NCBI GenBank assembly: GCA_018435125.1
Contig: JAHDNZ010000036.1
Coordinates: 31,014-95,013 of the forward strand
From: Bacillota bacterium
GTDB taxonomy: Bacteria > Bacillota > DTU065
DNA: 64,000 nt
Direction of reading: 5' to 3'
Shown here: positions 38,837-49,343 of the stretch, piece by piece
How positions within the stretch are numbered: the first letter of the stretch is position 1
Layout: the number at the start of each line of letters is the position of its first letter
The notes under the pieces: generated by a model
Database searches by the model: none
Told to the model about the DNA's origin: nothing
What the model saw: only the letters and a program-made list of their open reading frames with translations
Made by a program: the position numbers and the translations under genes

Positions 38837-39485
38837 AATTCTTCCCCCTTAATAAAGAGTTAGTGAAGCAGTTTAAGAAATATGTTGTGGTGTTAGTTTG
38901 GTTTTTAAGCATACTTTATCATTTTTTTGCTATTTTTTGCTTCTATGTTTAAAATTATTTGTGAATAAAATTTTTCCTTCATAACATAGGTTCATTTTTT
39001 TATTTTTTTAGTACTTTTGTTTTCTTAAGATAGTTTTTGGCAACTATCCTATGTAAATAAAAAGAAGCTCTTTATAATTAGGTATATGTTTTGTGACAGC
39101 CAAAACAAACCCTTATTAGAAGGACCTCTCTATATCTCTAATCCAAAGCTTAAGTATTTGTAGCACTTTTGTTATCCTTGCTGGCGACACCTTATCAAAC
39201 TGAATTGTCATAGTTATTATTCTTAGAGATACTTACTGGAAACCCCCACCACTTTAGTTATTCTCGTAATGTTTATTATCAGTCTTTAGAGACAAAATAT
39301 TGTAAATAAATAGTCCTCATTTTCTGATATCGTTGTTTTGTAGTATTGTTTGTAAAGATGCTCGCAAATTTTGCATATTATACAGTAAATCATCATCGTT
39401 ACCAGTGACGATTTTACCTTGGTTGTTTTCTAATAAAGATTTTCTTTAAATTAATCTACCCCATATATGCCAACCTAACTAAAAA

Positions 39486-39513
39486 AAGACTGCAGGCATT
39501 TGCCCACAGTCTT
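39486..39513 (-). terminator. Rho-independent terminator of OMP gene
   Basis: AAGACTG...CAGTCTT hairpin 15 nt past the stop, followed on the minus strand by a T7 run. Confidence 0.75.
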
Positions 39514-39527
39514 TTGTACCTTAAGTC

Positions 39528-41375
39528 TTAGAAGCTTGCACTATAGGATACTTTCACGAAAGTATCGGCAGTGCCAGCTTTTTCAGCAAAGTTATCTGGG
39601 AATGAATATTTAGCAGCAAAACCAATACCGTTAGGTGCTTTATAACTAGCTGAAATATCCATATAAAGAGGATGTTTTCTTGTTTCCCAGCGGCCAGAAG
39701 TTGTGTTAATAGTAACACTACGTCCTTCAATATATCCGCCGTAGCGGTTATCAAAGTTTAGACCAGCACTAAGACCAATACCTTTAGCCTTTAACACATC
39801 AACTGTAGTACCTAGAGCAAGACGCTGCCAGGTCGTAAAGAAGATACCATTTTGCTGATCGCCAGCAGGAAGAATAGGATTGACTTTATTAGCATTTGCA
39901 AGCCAGTACTCTGAAGTGTAATCAACTGAAATAGGAGTATTTAAGCCAGGAACAGCTAATTTATAACCGTTGTAGTTCAAATCAACTCTGTGCCAAGTTG
40001 GCTTAACACCACTAACTAAGTCTTTATCCCAAATTAATGCGTATTTAGCAACTGCATCAGCTTTGAAAAGCTTTGTAGCGGCTGATAGATTTGCTCTAAC
40101 AGCATAAGAAGTACCAGCCGAATAATTTTGTGTTGATATGACATAGAACATCTCGTTAGGATCAGCATTATCGGCAGCAGCGAATTTGTTATCAGTTACC
40201 CATTTTCTTGAACCATCCTTTTTGTTGGTAACTGCGAATGAACTGCCAGCATCTAACTTAATGCCATTGATTGTGTAGCTTGCGCTACCATTTAGACTAT
40301 CAACTGTCTGTAGGAAATCAAGATCGATATTTTTAAACCAGTTAAAGCCATCTCTCTTAACAGCAGACCAGTTGTAGCCGCCTGAGAGAGCAACTCCAGC
40401 AACCTTAGTTGATGCTGATAGACCATACTTAATCTGACCACGATCAGCCATCAAGTTTGTTTGACGGTTTCCTCCTGCCCATCCAGCTTGTGCATAACGC
40501 CACTCTGGAGCAAAGAAAGGATGGACATCAGAAGCGGACAATGTAAAGGAAACATTTGGAATTAGCTTATCAAAAGTTGTAGAAACTCTGGCTACATAAG
40601 GTTTAGAACCTACTAATTTTCCTGCATTGTCAGTATTGACAATAACAGCACTTTCAAGATTCATGTTGCCGATTGTACCGAGTTTCTGTTTGTAAAGCGC
40701 GCGTGCGAGGTTAGTGGATTTGCCTGTAAAGACCTTGTTTTTATTACCGTCTGGGCGATCTACATTTTTGAACTCTTTTAAACCACGCACCAGAGCTAGA
40801 TCAAGGTTATAACCTTTTACAACATCGCCGGCAACCTTAACACCGAAGATAGGTCTTGACTGTGCATTTCTAGAAGCTGAAGTATCATAAGCATAAACGC
40901 CTTCAGCAGTCATTTTAGCAATCTTTAGGCCTTCAATTTTCCAACCATAGTAAGAGCCGCCATCAATATTTTCCCAAGGAGCTTCGTTTTTCTTAAAATA
41001 TTGGGCACCCCAGTCAATTGCCAAAGGTCCAATTGTGGTTGTAACTTTTTGACCATCGGTAACAAAAGGTCCTGTAATGGTTAACTTACCATAGTTGTGA
41101 CTAAAATTATTTAATTTGCCACCGTTAAGAGGATAGCTGTTATGGAACCAGTTTTCTTGGCCACCCATAGCGCCGTCCCAAACCAGCTTAAGTCCGCCTT
41201 TGTCAATGTTTATAGCACTAGTAAAAGTATACTTCATCCAGGACTCAAGGTTTCCTTCGGGAGTCCAGCGCATATCAGCAGTTAAGCTACCTGAAAATTG
41301 TAGTGGTACTACAGCAAAAGCAGAAGCTGTCAGCGCTAGAGCCACTACTAGCACCATCAAATTCTTTTTACTCAT
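39528..41375 (-). CDS. Outer-membrane beta-barrel protein (porin-like), 615 aa
   Basis: Signal peptide MSKKNLMVLVVALALTASAFA. Alternating amphipathic beta-strand composition rich in G/Y/N/S/T. C-terminal ...VSYSASF with terminal Phe, typical of BAM-dependent OMPs. No SLH motif seen. Confidence 0.55.
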   Translation of the reverse strand: MSKKNLMVLVVALALTASAFAVVPLQFSGSLTADMRWTPEGNLESWMKYTFTSAINIDKGGLKLVWDGAMGGQENWFHNSYPLNGGKLNNFSHNYGKLTITGPFVTDGQKVTTTIGPLAIDWGAQYFKKNEAPWENIDGGSYYGWKIEGLKIAKMTAEGVYAYDTSASRNAQSRPIFGVKVAGDVVKGYNLDLALVRGLKEFKNVDRPDGNKNKVFTGKSTNLARALYKQKLGTIGNMNLESAVIVNTDNAGKLVGSKPYVARVSTTFDKLIPNVSFTLSASDVHPFFAPEWRYAQAGWAGGNRQTNLMADRGQIKYGLSASTKVAGVALSGGYNWSAVKRDGFNWFKNIDLDFLQTVDSLNGSASYTINGIKLDAGSSFAVTNKKDGSRKWVTDNKFAAADNADPNEMFYVISTQNYSAGTSYAVRANLSAATKLFKADAVAKYALIWDKDLVSGVKPTWHRVDLNYNGYKLAVPGLNTPISVDYTSEYWLANANKVNPILPAGDQQNGIFFTTWQRLALGTTVDVLKAKGIGLSAGLNFDNRYGGYIEGRSVTINTTSGRWETRKHPLYMDISASYKAPNGIGFAAKYSFPDNFAEKAGTADTFVKVSYSASF

Positions 41376-41644
41376 TTTTTTTCCTCCTTAAATAACCGTG
41401 AAATAACCGAAGCATTCGTGTTTTTTTTACAAATACCTCCTAATGCAAGTTGCCGTGTTTCCTTGCAAAAGATTGCACTTGTTTCTTAAAACACACACCT
41501 GATACTTTATGACTGCAGGAGGACCCTCCTTTCCTCGTCTGATATAGCTTCAGGCCATATGTTTCGGTCTTCACCTTATTATTCATCATCTGTAAATAAA
41601 CTCCTTCTGAAATACTAACTTTTCTAACAAAAACCTGTAGAATT

Positions 41645-44164
41645 TTAAACTTTTTCCATTTCGAGCCAATTTTCCCCGACCTGAATATCTACCACAAGCT
41701 TAGTTTCTAAATTATAAGTATGGTTTAACACTTCTCTTACTAACGCACAGGTCTTTTCCAAATCCTCATCGGCTACCTCTAACACCAATTCATCGTGTAC
41801 CTGTAAAAGCATCCTCGCTTTAAGATCCCTTGTTTGCAATTCTCTATCTATCTTAAGCATAGCAAGCTTCATAATATCAGCAGCAGTTCCTTGAATTGGT
41901 GTGTTTAAGGCCATCCTCTCCGACAGGCTTCTTTTTAAAAAGTTACTGCTGTTAATATCAGGAAGGTATCTTCTTCGCCCTAGAAGAGTTGTTACATAGC
42001 CTTGTTTTTTAGCTGTTTGAATGATCTCATCCATGTATTGTTTTACCTTAGGATAACGGTTAAGATATTTTTCAATATATTTGTCCGCTTCTTTCTTACT
42101 AAGATCAGTGTTGCGAGCTAAGCCAAAACCACTAATACCATAAATAATTCCAAAATTGATGGCTTTAGCCCAACTTCTTTCTTCTTTTGTTATGCTGTCT
42201 ATATCTTTTTCTAGTACTTCGGCTGCAGTCCTCAGATGAATATCTTCATTGCGTCTGAACGTGTTTATAAGATCAGGATCTTCGGCGATATGGGCGAGTA
42301 TCCTAAGTTCAATTTGCGAATAATCGGCTGATATAAGAACAGAACCTCTCTCAGGAACAAAGCAGTGTCTTATCTTGGCACCTTCTTCAGTTCTTACAGG
42401 AATATTTTGCAGATTGGGGTTACTGCTTGAAAGTCTTCCGGTAGCTGTCACCAGCTGGTTAAAACTAGTATGAATTCTACCGGTAAGAGGGTTTATAAGA
42501 TCCTGCAGAGCATCGGTATAGGTGCTTTTTAGTTTCTGTAATTGTCTATACTCGATTACAAGCTGGGGTAAGGGATGAATGGGAGCCAACTTTTCTAAAA
42601 CCTCAGCTGAGGTTGAATAACCGGTTTTGGTTTTTTTATAAGCAGGCAAGCCGAGTTTGGCAAACAGGATCTCCCCTAGTTGCTTGGAAGAGTTAATATT
42701 AAACCTTTCGCCAGCCAGAGCAAAGATACTCTCTTCCAGCTCGTCCATCCTTAGAGAAAACTCTTTAGATAACTTAGCTAACTCCTTTTTATCAACTTTG
42801 ATACCAGTTCTCTCCATCTTTGCTAATACTTTGCTTAAAGGTAGTTCAACTTCTTTATATAAATAGCTTAGTTCTTTATCTTTAATCTCATTTTCCATTA
42901 TATCTTTTAACTTCCAAGCTACGGCAGCTCTTGCTCCCAGAGAATCATTTAAGTCCAAATTTAGGTATCTTTCAGTCAAAGCCTTAAATTCATGCGAAAA
43001 ATCCGGATCTAAAAGGTAGCCTGCAATCTCTAAATCAGAAGCAATTAATAGTTCGGGCTCTGAAAGATACAGCTCTTTGGCGCCATGGGTAAAGACACTT
43101 CTGCCTCTGACAAGCTCTAAAATATTAATGTTCTCTTCGGCAAAGAGAGTCTGGTTTTTTTTAGGCAGAGTAATATACCAGGTTTGGCTAGCAAGAAGAT
43201 AAACCTCATTTAAATCCTCCAGGAAAACTGTCTTTTCTTCTTCTAATAGCTCTGTAGTAAGTTTGTCTATGCGAGGAAGTTCTAAAACTTGAGCCTTTTT
43301 TCTTGTATCTTCCGGCAATTTCTTTAGAAAAGAAGTGAATTCCAGTCTTTGATAAAAATCCCGTAGAGGTTCAATTTCCGGTTCTTTTAATCTGGCCATC
43401 TCCAGTTTGACAGGGAGCTTAAGATCGGTCTTGATCGTTGCCAGTTCCTTACTTAAAAGGGCAATTTCTTCCTGACCGGATAGCTTTCTCGCAATACTTG
43501 GTGGCAGATTGTTTATGTTTTTTAAAACATTTTCCACACTTTCATAGTCGGCTATTAGTTTTACGGCAGTTTTATCACCAATGCCTTTAACTCCCGGAAT
43601 ATTATCAGACGGATCACCCACTAGGCCTTTATAATCAGGTACTTGCTCAGGTGTAATAGAAAAATCTTTTATAACCGTTTCTTTATCGTAAAACCTTATC
43701 TCTGAGATACCTTTTTTGGTTAATAAAACATAGCAGTTATCGTTAACTAACTGGAGCGAGTCTTTGTCCCCTGTTAAAATAAGATACTCTAGTCCCCACT
43801 CCTTAGCCATTATAGAAACAGCTCCGATGAGATCGTCAGCTTCTATTCCATCTAAAGCGATATGAGGTATTCCCAAATAATCTAGGAGTTCCTTGGTAAG
43901 ATCTAGCTGAGAAACAAGTTCATCTGGCATAGGCGGTCGTTTAGCCTTATACTCTTTATACTGCTTATGCCGAAAAGTAGGTTTCCCAGAGTCAAAGGCT
44001 ACATAAATATAATCTGGTTTATAATCGGCCAGGATCTTCTCTAACATCAGGTTAAAACCATATACAGCTCCCGTGCTTTGCCCTGTGGCAGTAGTAAAAC
44101 CAGGCAAAGCATAAAAAGCTCGATATAAGAGACTGTGTCCATCGATGGCTATCATGCGTTTCAT
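41645..44164 (-). CDS. polA: DNA polymerase I
   Basis: 839 aa. 5'-3' exonuclease N-terminus, polymerase motifs A (DYSQIELR), B (RRxAKxxNFGxxYG) and C (VHDE). Confidence 0.95.
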   Translation of the reverse strand: MKRMIAIDGHSLLYRAFYALPGFTTATGQSTGAVYGFNLMLEKILADYKPDYIYVAFDSGKPTFRHKQYKEYKAKRPPMPDELVSQLDLTKELLDYLGIPHIALDGIEADDLIGAVSIMAKEWGLEYLILTGDKDSLQLVNDNCYVLLTKKGISEIRFYDKETVIKDFSITPEQVPDYKGLVGDPSDNIPGVKGIGDKTAVKLIADYESVENVLKNINNLPPSIARKLSGQEEIALLSKELATIKTDLKLPVKLEMARLKEPEIEPLRDFYQRLEFTSFLKKLPEDTRKKAQVLELPRIDKLTTELLEEEKTVFLEDLNEVYLLASQTWYITLPKKNQTLFAEENINILELVRGRSVFTHGAKELYLSEPELLIASDLEIAGYLLDPDFSHEFKALTERYLNLDLNDSLGARAAVAWKLKDIMENEIKDKELSYLYKEVELPLSKVLAKMERTGIKVDKKELAKLSKEFSLRMDELEESIFALAGERFNINSSKQLGEILFAKLGLPAYKKTKTGYSTSAEVLEKLAPIHPLPQLVIEYRQLQKLKSTYTDALQDLINPLTGRIHTSFNQLVTATGRLSSSNPNLQNIPVRTEEGAKIRHCFVPERGSVLISADYSQIELRILAHIAEDPDLINTFRRNEDIHLRTAAEVLEKDIDSITKEERSWAKAINFGIIYGISGFGLARNTDLSKKEADKYIEKYLNRYPKVKQYMDEIIQTAKKQGYVTTLLGRRRYLPDINSSNFLKRSLSERMALNTPIQGTAADIMKLAMLKIDRELQTRDLKARMLLQVHDELVLEVADEDLEKTCALVREVLNHTYNLETKLVVDIQVGENWLEMEKV

Positions 44165-44332
44165 TAATTTTCTCCCCTTAAACCTAAACTTTCCTCTAAT
44201 TGCTATCTTTCGTCACTAAAACAAAGCTTACCTGCTTATAAAGGCATTGCTTTTTCTGCTCTAAACTACATCAAGGGTTTAAGAATAATAGCTAGAAAAG
44301 ATCAGACGAAGCTATATTGAGGAGGATATTAA

Positions 44333-45112
44333 ATGAAAAAAACCATTTTTATATTGCTTGCCATCTGCATTCTCAGCGCTGTAGTTCTTACAGTAGTGGT
44401 AATAAAAACAAAGAACAATTCGCTTAAAGAAACTAATCAAAATACATCCATTGAAAAAGAGGAGGTTATAACACCCCCCCTACCCAAACCAACCAACAAA
44501 GAAATAATTGCCAAAAACCTTACTCTCGATAATTTGACCCCCGAAGAGGTTGCTCTTTTTCTTGAGCTAAACCCCGAAAAAGAAGCAGAATCTCCTGATG
44601 TACTAGCTAGACAGGTAGCCAGGCTGACTACTTTTTCCGGCCTGCTTCAAGCTGCCAATGATCAGTCGGTAACTATTGCTCCCTTGTTTAATGCTCCTGA
44701 TAGTTTTACTCTAGTCGAAAATAGTGTTATTGAAAGAAACAACGAGAAAAACACCTGGCACAAACTTGTTAAAGGTGACCGAGTCGATCTAATCACTCTT
44801 GACGGGCAGGTTGTTAAACTTGTCTCCTCCGGTCTTATCACTAAGGCTGATCTTAAAGATACTGTCAGTGAAGCAACCTCTTTGCCACCAGAACTAGTCG
44901 AAAAAATCCTTTCCGGTGATACCAAAGATCTTGAAAAAGATGCTATCACCCGTATTAAAACTTACCTCACCAGCTATTATGGTATCCCAGCAGGGACTCT
45001 TGATGCCTTGTTTAACGGTAATTTTCAAATAAGCCGAGAAATGATCGAACAGTTAGTTCTAGGTCGGCTTCTGGGGTCACTGGCCACTAATGATTCCTCG
45101 AATTCAGTCTAA
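44333..45112 (+). CDS. Hypothetical membrane-anchored protein
   Basis: GAGGAGG RBS. Single N-terminal TM helix. No recognisable domain. Confidence 0.5.
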   Translation: MKKTIFILLAICILSAVVLTVVVIKTKNNSLKETNQNTSIEKEEVITPPLPKPTNKEIIAKNLTLDNLTPEEVALFLELNPEKEAESPDVLARQVARLTTFSGLLQAANDQSVTIAPLFNAPDSFTLVENSVIERNNEKNTWHKLVKGDRVDLITLDGQVVKLVSSGLITKADLKDTVSEATSLPPELVEKILSGDTKDLEKDAITRIKTYLTSYYGIPAGTLDALFNGNFQISREMIEQLVLGRLLGSLATNDSSNSV

Positions 45113-45125
45113 TACCTTATCCTAA

Positions 45126-46562
45126 TTAATAAGCTATTTCCATTAAGTCGGTATGATTTAGGTCCTGACAATTGTCATCTCCTATAATTATACCGACACT
45201 TTCTATTTTAACTTCCAGACCCAAGACAGAGGTCACATCATCAACCGCTAGGTAAAAATTATTACCTCTAGCCCTATTGGCCTCCATAACAGACTCGCCT
45301 ATCTTAACTCTTTCTAAAATCCGATCCACCCAGTCTGGAATAAAGCCTAGCTGTTCTAATGCGCTAAGCGGTAGATAGGCTTTCTGCTTGTAAATGTAAC
45401 CGTTCTCATTAAACTCAGTGCCAAATAAGAACACAGGTATAGACCCCACTGTGGCGGTATAATTCTCTGTATCCCACACTACACCTAAAGCTAAATAGTC
45501 TGCTAGCTCAGCTTCACTTAGAAAGAGTGTGCCCTGATAGAACCTAGGAGCTGTAATAAGCTGACCATCTAGCATAGCAGCGTTTAATTCGGAATTAATA
45601 AAAAGTGATATTGATAATAGCTTGGCAATTTGAGTAGCATTAAAGAGGTATTCCCCTCGATATAAAACTCGGCCAAGGCTTTGGCCTTCAAAGTAAGATT
45701 GGTAAAACTCTAAAGAGAGTTCTGTTTCATTAGTAACTTTAAGCCAGAGGGAGTTGTCTAAATCACTTAAATAGCTAAAAGCTACTTTATTGCCTACTAC
45801 AGGATTAATTGGGCTAGCTTCTATAAAATAGCCTGCTTGCTCCTTAGAAACATTTAGGTTGCCATGCCTTAAAGCTACTAGTGGCAGAGCTATATCACCA
45901 GCAATCTCATAGCCAAATCCGGCTAGTACCCCGTTTATTCTAAGGTCCTTTGCTTTAGGTAATGAGTAGGCCTGACCCTCAGACTTTTTTAGATATTCAT
46001 TTAACACCCAATTAGGTGCTTCTAAACTATAGCCATAAAAAGCAGCTATATTTCTAAGGTTGTTGGGTGTATTAATACCTAAATCATAGAGATCGTCAAA
46101 GACTGCGATCTTAAATAAAGAATCCTCAAAAAAAGCCACCAAAGGCTCATAACGAAGTCTAACCGGTGTTCCCTTTTGAACTTTACCGGCTAGATACTTT
46201 ACATCTTCATTGTGCATCCGAATACAACCTTTGGATTGAGCTTTGCCAATAGATGCAGGTGAATTGTTGCCATGAATGCCATACCCGGGATAATTAAGAC
46301 CTAACCACCAAGGTCCTAAAGGATTATCCTCTCCCGGAGGAACGGGATCTTTACCTTGAGGATACCAAGTGGGATTTTTAACTATAGTTGCGATCTGAAA
46401 ATCACCTAAGATCGAAGGAGTAACAGATTTTCCCACCGCGATAGGATAAATTGCAACTAAGATATCATCTTCATAGAGTCTTAATTTATATTCAGGAATA
46501 TTGATATCAATAAGATAGCTAGCAACCCCAAAATAAGAAGCTGCTACCAAAAGCACTGCCAT
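45126..46562 (-). CDS. L,D-transpeptidase (YkuD domain) protein with C-terminal extension
   Basis: Catalytic motif HGNNSPASIGKAQSKGCIRMHNEDV. N-terminal TM MAVLLVAASYFGV. Start placed at ATG 46562. The track's 46700 start would overlap the next gene. Confidence 0.6.
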   Translation of the reverse strand: MAVLLVAASYFGVASYLIDINIPEYKLRLYEDDILVAIYPIAVGKSVTPSILGDFQIATIVKNPTWYPQGKDPVPPGEDNPLGPWWLGLNYPGYGIHGNNSPASIGKAQSKGCIRMHNEDVKYLAGKVQKGTPVRLRYEPLVAFFEDSLFKIAVFDDLYDLGINTPNNLRNIAAFYGYSLEAPNWVLNEYLKKSEGQAYSLPKAKDLRINGVLAGFGYEIAGDIALPLVALRHGNLNVSKEQAGYFIEASPINPVVGNKVAFSYLSDLDNSLWLKVTNETELSLEFYQSYFEGQSLGRVLYRGEYLFNATQIAKLLSISLFINSELNAAMLDGQLITAPRFYQGTLFLSEAELADYLALGVVWDTENYTATVGSIPVFLFGTEFNENGYIYKQKAYLPLSALEQLGFIPDWVDRILERVKIGESVMEANRARGNNFYLAVDDVTSVLGLEVKIESVGIIIGDDNCQDLNHTDLMEIAY

Positions 46563-46614
46563 TTTAATGAATTTAATCAAAACGCTCACCCCGAATATTA
46601 GTTTATCTGGCAGT

Positions 46615-47151
46615 CTAATTACCAAAAGTTCTTTTAATGACCCTGATTCTACGCCCGTGGGCCACAATATCGTCGATGCGTTCAAGGGGTAGATTGTCAA
46701 CTAAAGCACAAAGTTCTGTTTTTAAATCTATCCAATAAAGAATTTTACCTTGATAAGGATTAAGATAATCATAATCATGGAGGACTGTCACAATGCTACG
46801 CTGAAATTCAGTAGTATCAAGGGTAATATCCTGAGAGAAGTCTCCCCTTAAATGCGATATTTTATAACGTGCAAGGGTCAATACAAGATATTCCTCGTCA
46901 AGTTTTACCGCTTCATAGATAAGTTTTGGTACCGGAAAAGGTAAAAGAGGTAATTTTTCAAAGCTTTGGGCAATAACCTCTCCCATGATGGGCAAAACAA
47001 CTGCTAAATAGTCATTATGTCCTAGACCATCTAGAATATCTTCATGGTAAAATATGGTACCAAGTTGTTTTTCAGCTTTAAGTATCTGATTTAATTCCTC
47101 TTCCTTAACCTGATAAAACTCACACAGTTCGTTTCTTGTTAAATAAAGCAT
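46615..47151 (-). CDS. Hypothetical protein (about 178 aa)
   Basis: GGGGGG-type RBS before ATG 47151. No domain recognised. Divergent from the 47181 gene, with start codons only 30 nt apart. Confidence 0.45.
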   Translation of the reverse strand: MLYLTRNELCEFYQVKEEELNQILKAEKQLGTIFYHEDILDGLGHNDYLAVVLPIMGEVIAQSFEKLPLLPFPVPKLIYEAVKLDEEYLVLTLARYKISHLRGDFSQDITLDTTEFQRSIVTVLHDYDYLNPYQGKILYWIDLKTELCALVDNLPLERIDDIVAHGRRIRVIKRTFGN

Positions 47152-47180
47152 TAATATACCCCCCAAAGGAGTGGTAGACA

Positions 47181-47594
47181 TTGGAGAGATACCTGCCGGA
47201 AAATCAGTTTATAAATACTTTGATTTATTATGCCAAAAGGCGAGGTGTGAAATTTTCTCACAGCCGGACACCTCTTTGGTACTACCGCCCTGATACAAGA
47301 ACCATCTATCTTTGGAAAGAGGACCTTAGATCTCAGCCTTTGGAGTTTTTAATAACTGCGCTAGCACATGAAATCGGACATGTGGTAGATTTTGATCTAA
47401 ATCCAGATAAAGCACGTGTCATCGCCTGCCTTGGCGTTGATGAAGTGCCAGAAGAAGTAGAAATCAATGCCTTTTTGATCGGTTTTAAAATAATCAGGGA
47501 TCTTAAAATTCCCTTTTCAGTATCTCATTATGTGCAGTGGATCTCAGAACCCCTAAAAAAGAGAGTTATCTCTTTTTTAGTGAATCCAATTTAG
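47181..47594 (+). CDS. Small HExxH protein with ImmA/IrrE-like motif (putative zinc metallopeptidase)
   Basis: AAAGGAG RBS. ITALAHEIGHVVDFD matches the tlAHElGH core of the DUF955/ImmA family. 137 aa. Confidence 0.4.
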   Translation: MERYLPENQFINTLIYYAKRRGVKFSHSRTPLWYYRPDTRTIYLWKEDLRSQPLEFLITALAHEIGHVVDFDLNPDKARVIACLGVDEVPEEVEINAFLIGFKIIRDLKIPFSVSHYVQWISEPLKKRVISFLVNPI

Positions 47595-47621
47595 TATATC
47601 CTCTCTAGCTTAAGATATGTT

Positions 47622-47656
47622 AAAAAGGGCGAAAGTTGTTCTTTCGCCCTTTTTAC
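47622..47656. terminator. Bidirectional Rho-independent terminator between convergent genes
   Basis: AAAAA GGGCGAAAG ttgtt CTTTCGCCC TTTTT. Confidence 0.8.
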
Positions 47657-47892
47657 TACGATATAATAGCAATTATAATACTAAGCACTATAAAACCTAC
47701 AGCCAGATAGGTAGTCATCTTATCAAGCAGACCTTCTAGGCCACCACTTCTTCCGGCAAAGACCTGCGAGTTTCCTCCCAAAGCACCTAAACCAGCTTCT
47801 TTACTTGGCTGAATTATAACCACAATGGTTAAGGCAATAGCTACGATGATATCTAATACTGTAAGGAAAGTTAACACCCACCTCACCTCCAA
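47656..47892 (-). CDS. secG: Preprotein translocase subunit SecG
   Basis: 78 aa, two TM helices, Gly-rich central loop LGALGGNSQVFAGRSGG. Confidence 0.85.
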   Translation of the reverse strand: MEVRWVLTFLTVLDIIVAIALTIVVIIQPSKEAGLGALGGNSQVFAGRSGGLEGLLDKMTTYLAVGFIVLSIIIAIIS

Positions 47893-47940
47893 TTATGAAG
47901 ATATTTTATCATATTAATAACTTAGTCACAATAACTAAGA

Positions 47941-47974
47941 GGAGGCTTATTTTGACTTAGCAAAATGAGCCTCC
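47941..47974. other. 13-bp interrupted stem-loop between eno and secG
   Basis: GGAGGCTtATTTTG acttag CAAAATgAGCCTCC. T-run only on the plus side. Possible eno 3' stabiliser or weak terminator. Confidence 0.35.
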
Positions 47975-47990
47975 CTTTTTAGAGTCGCAA

Positions 47991-49343
<1,353 letters not shown>

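Noticed and set aside
38837-39485. Possible small ORFs or an operator palindrome (ATCGT..ACGAT near 39380-39400) in the long leader of lipoprotein gene 2
   Set aside because: The longest frames are 25 codons or fewer without RBS. The palindrome is short and imperfect. Left as unexplained AT-rich regulatory space rather than a called feature.
41376-41644. Apparent inverted repeat CCGTGAAATAACCGAAGCATTCGTG upstream of the OMP gene
   Set aside because: On checking, the arms are not complementary beyond 3-4 nt. It is not a credible hairpin or operator.
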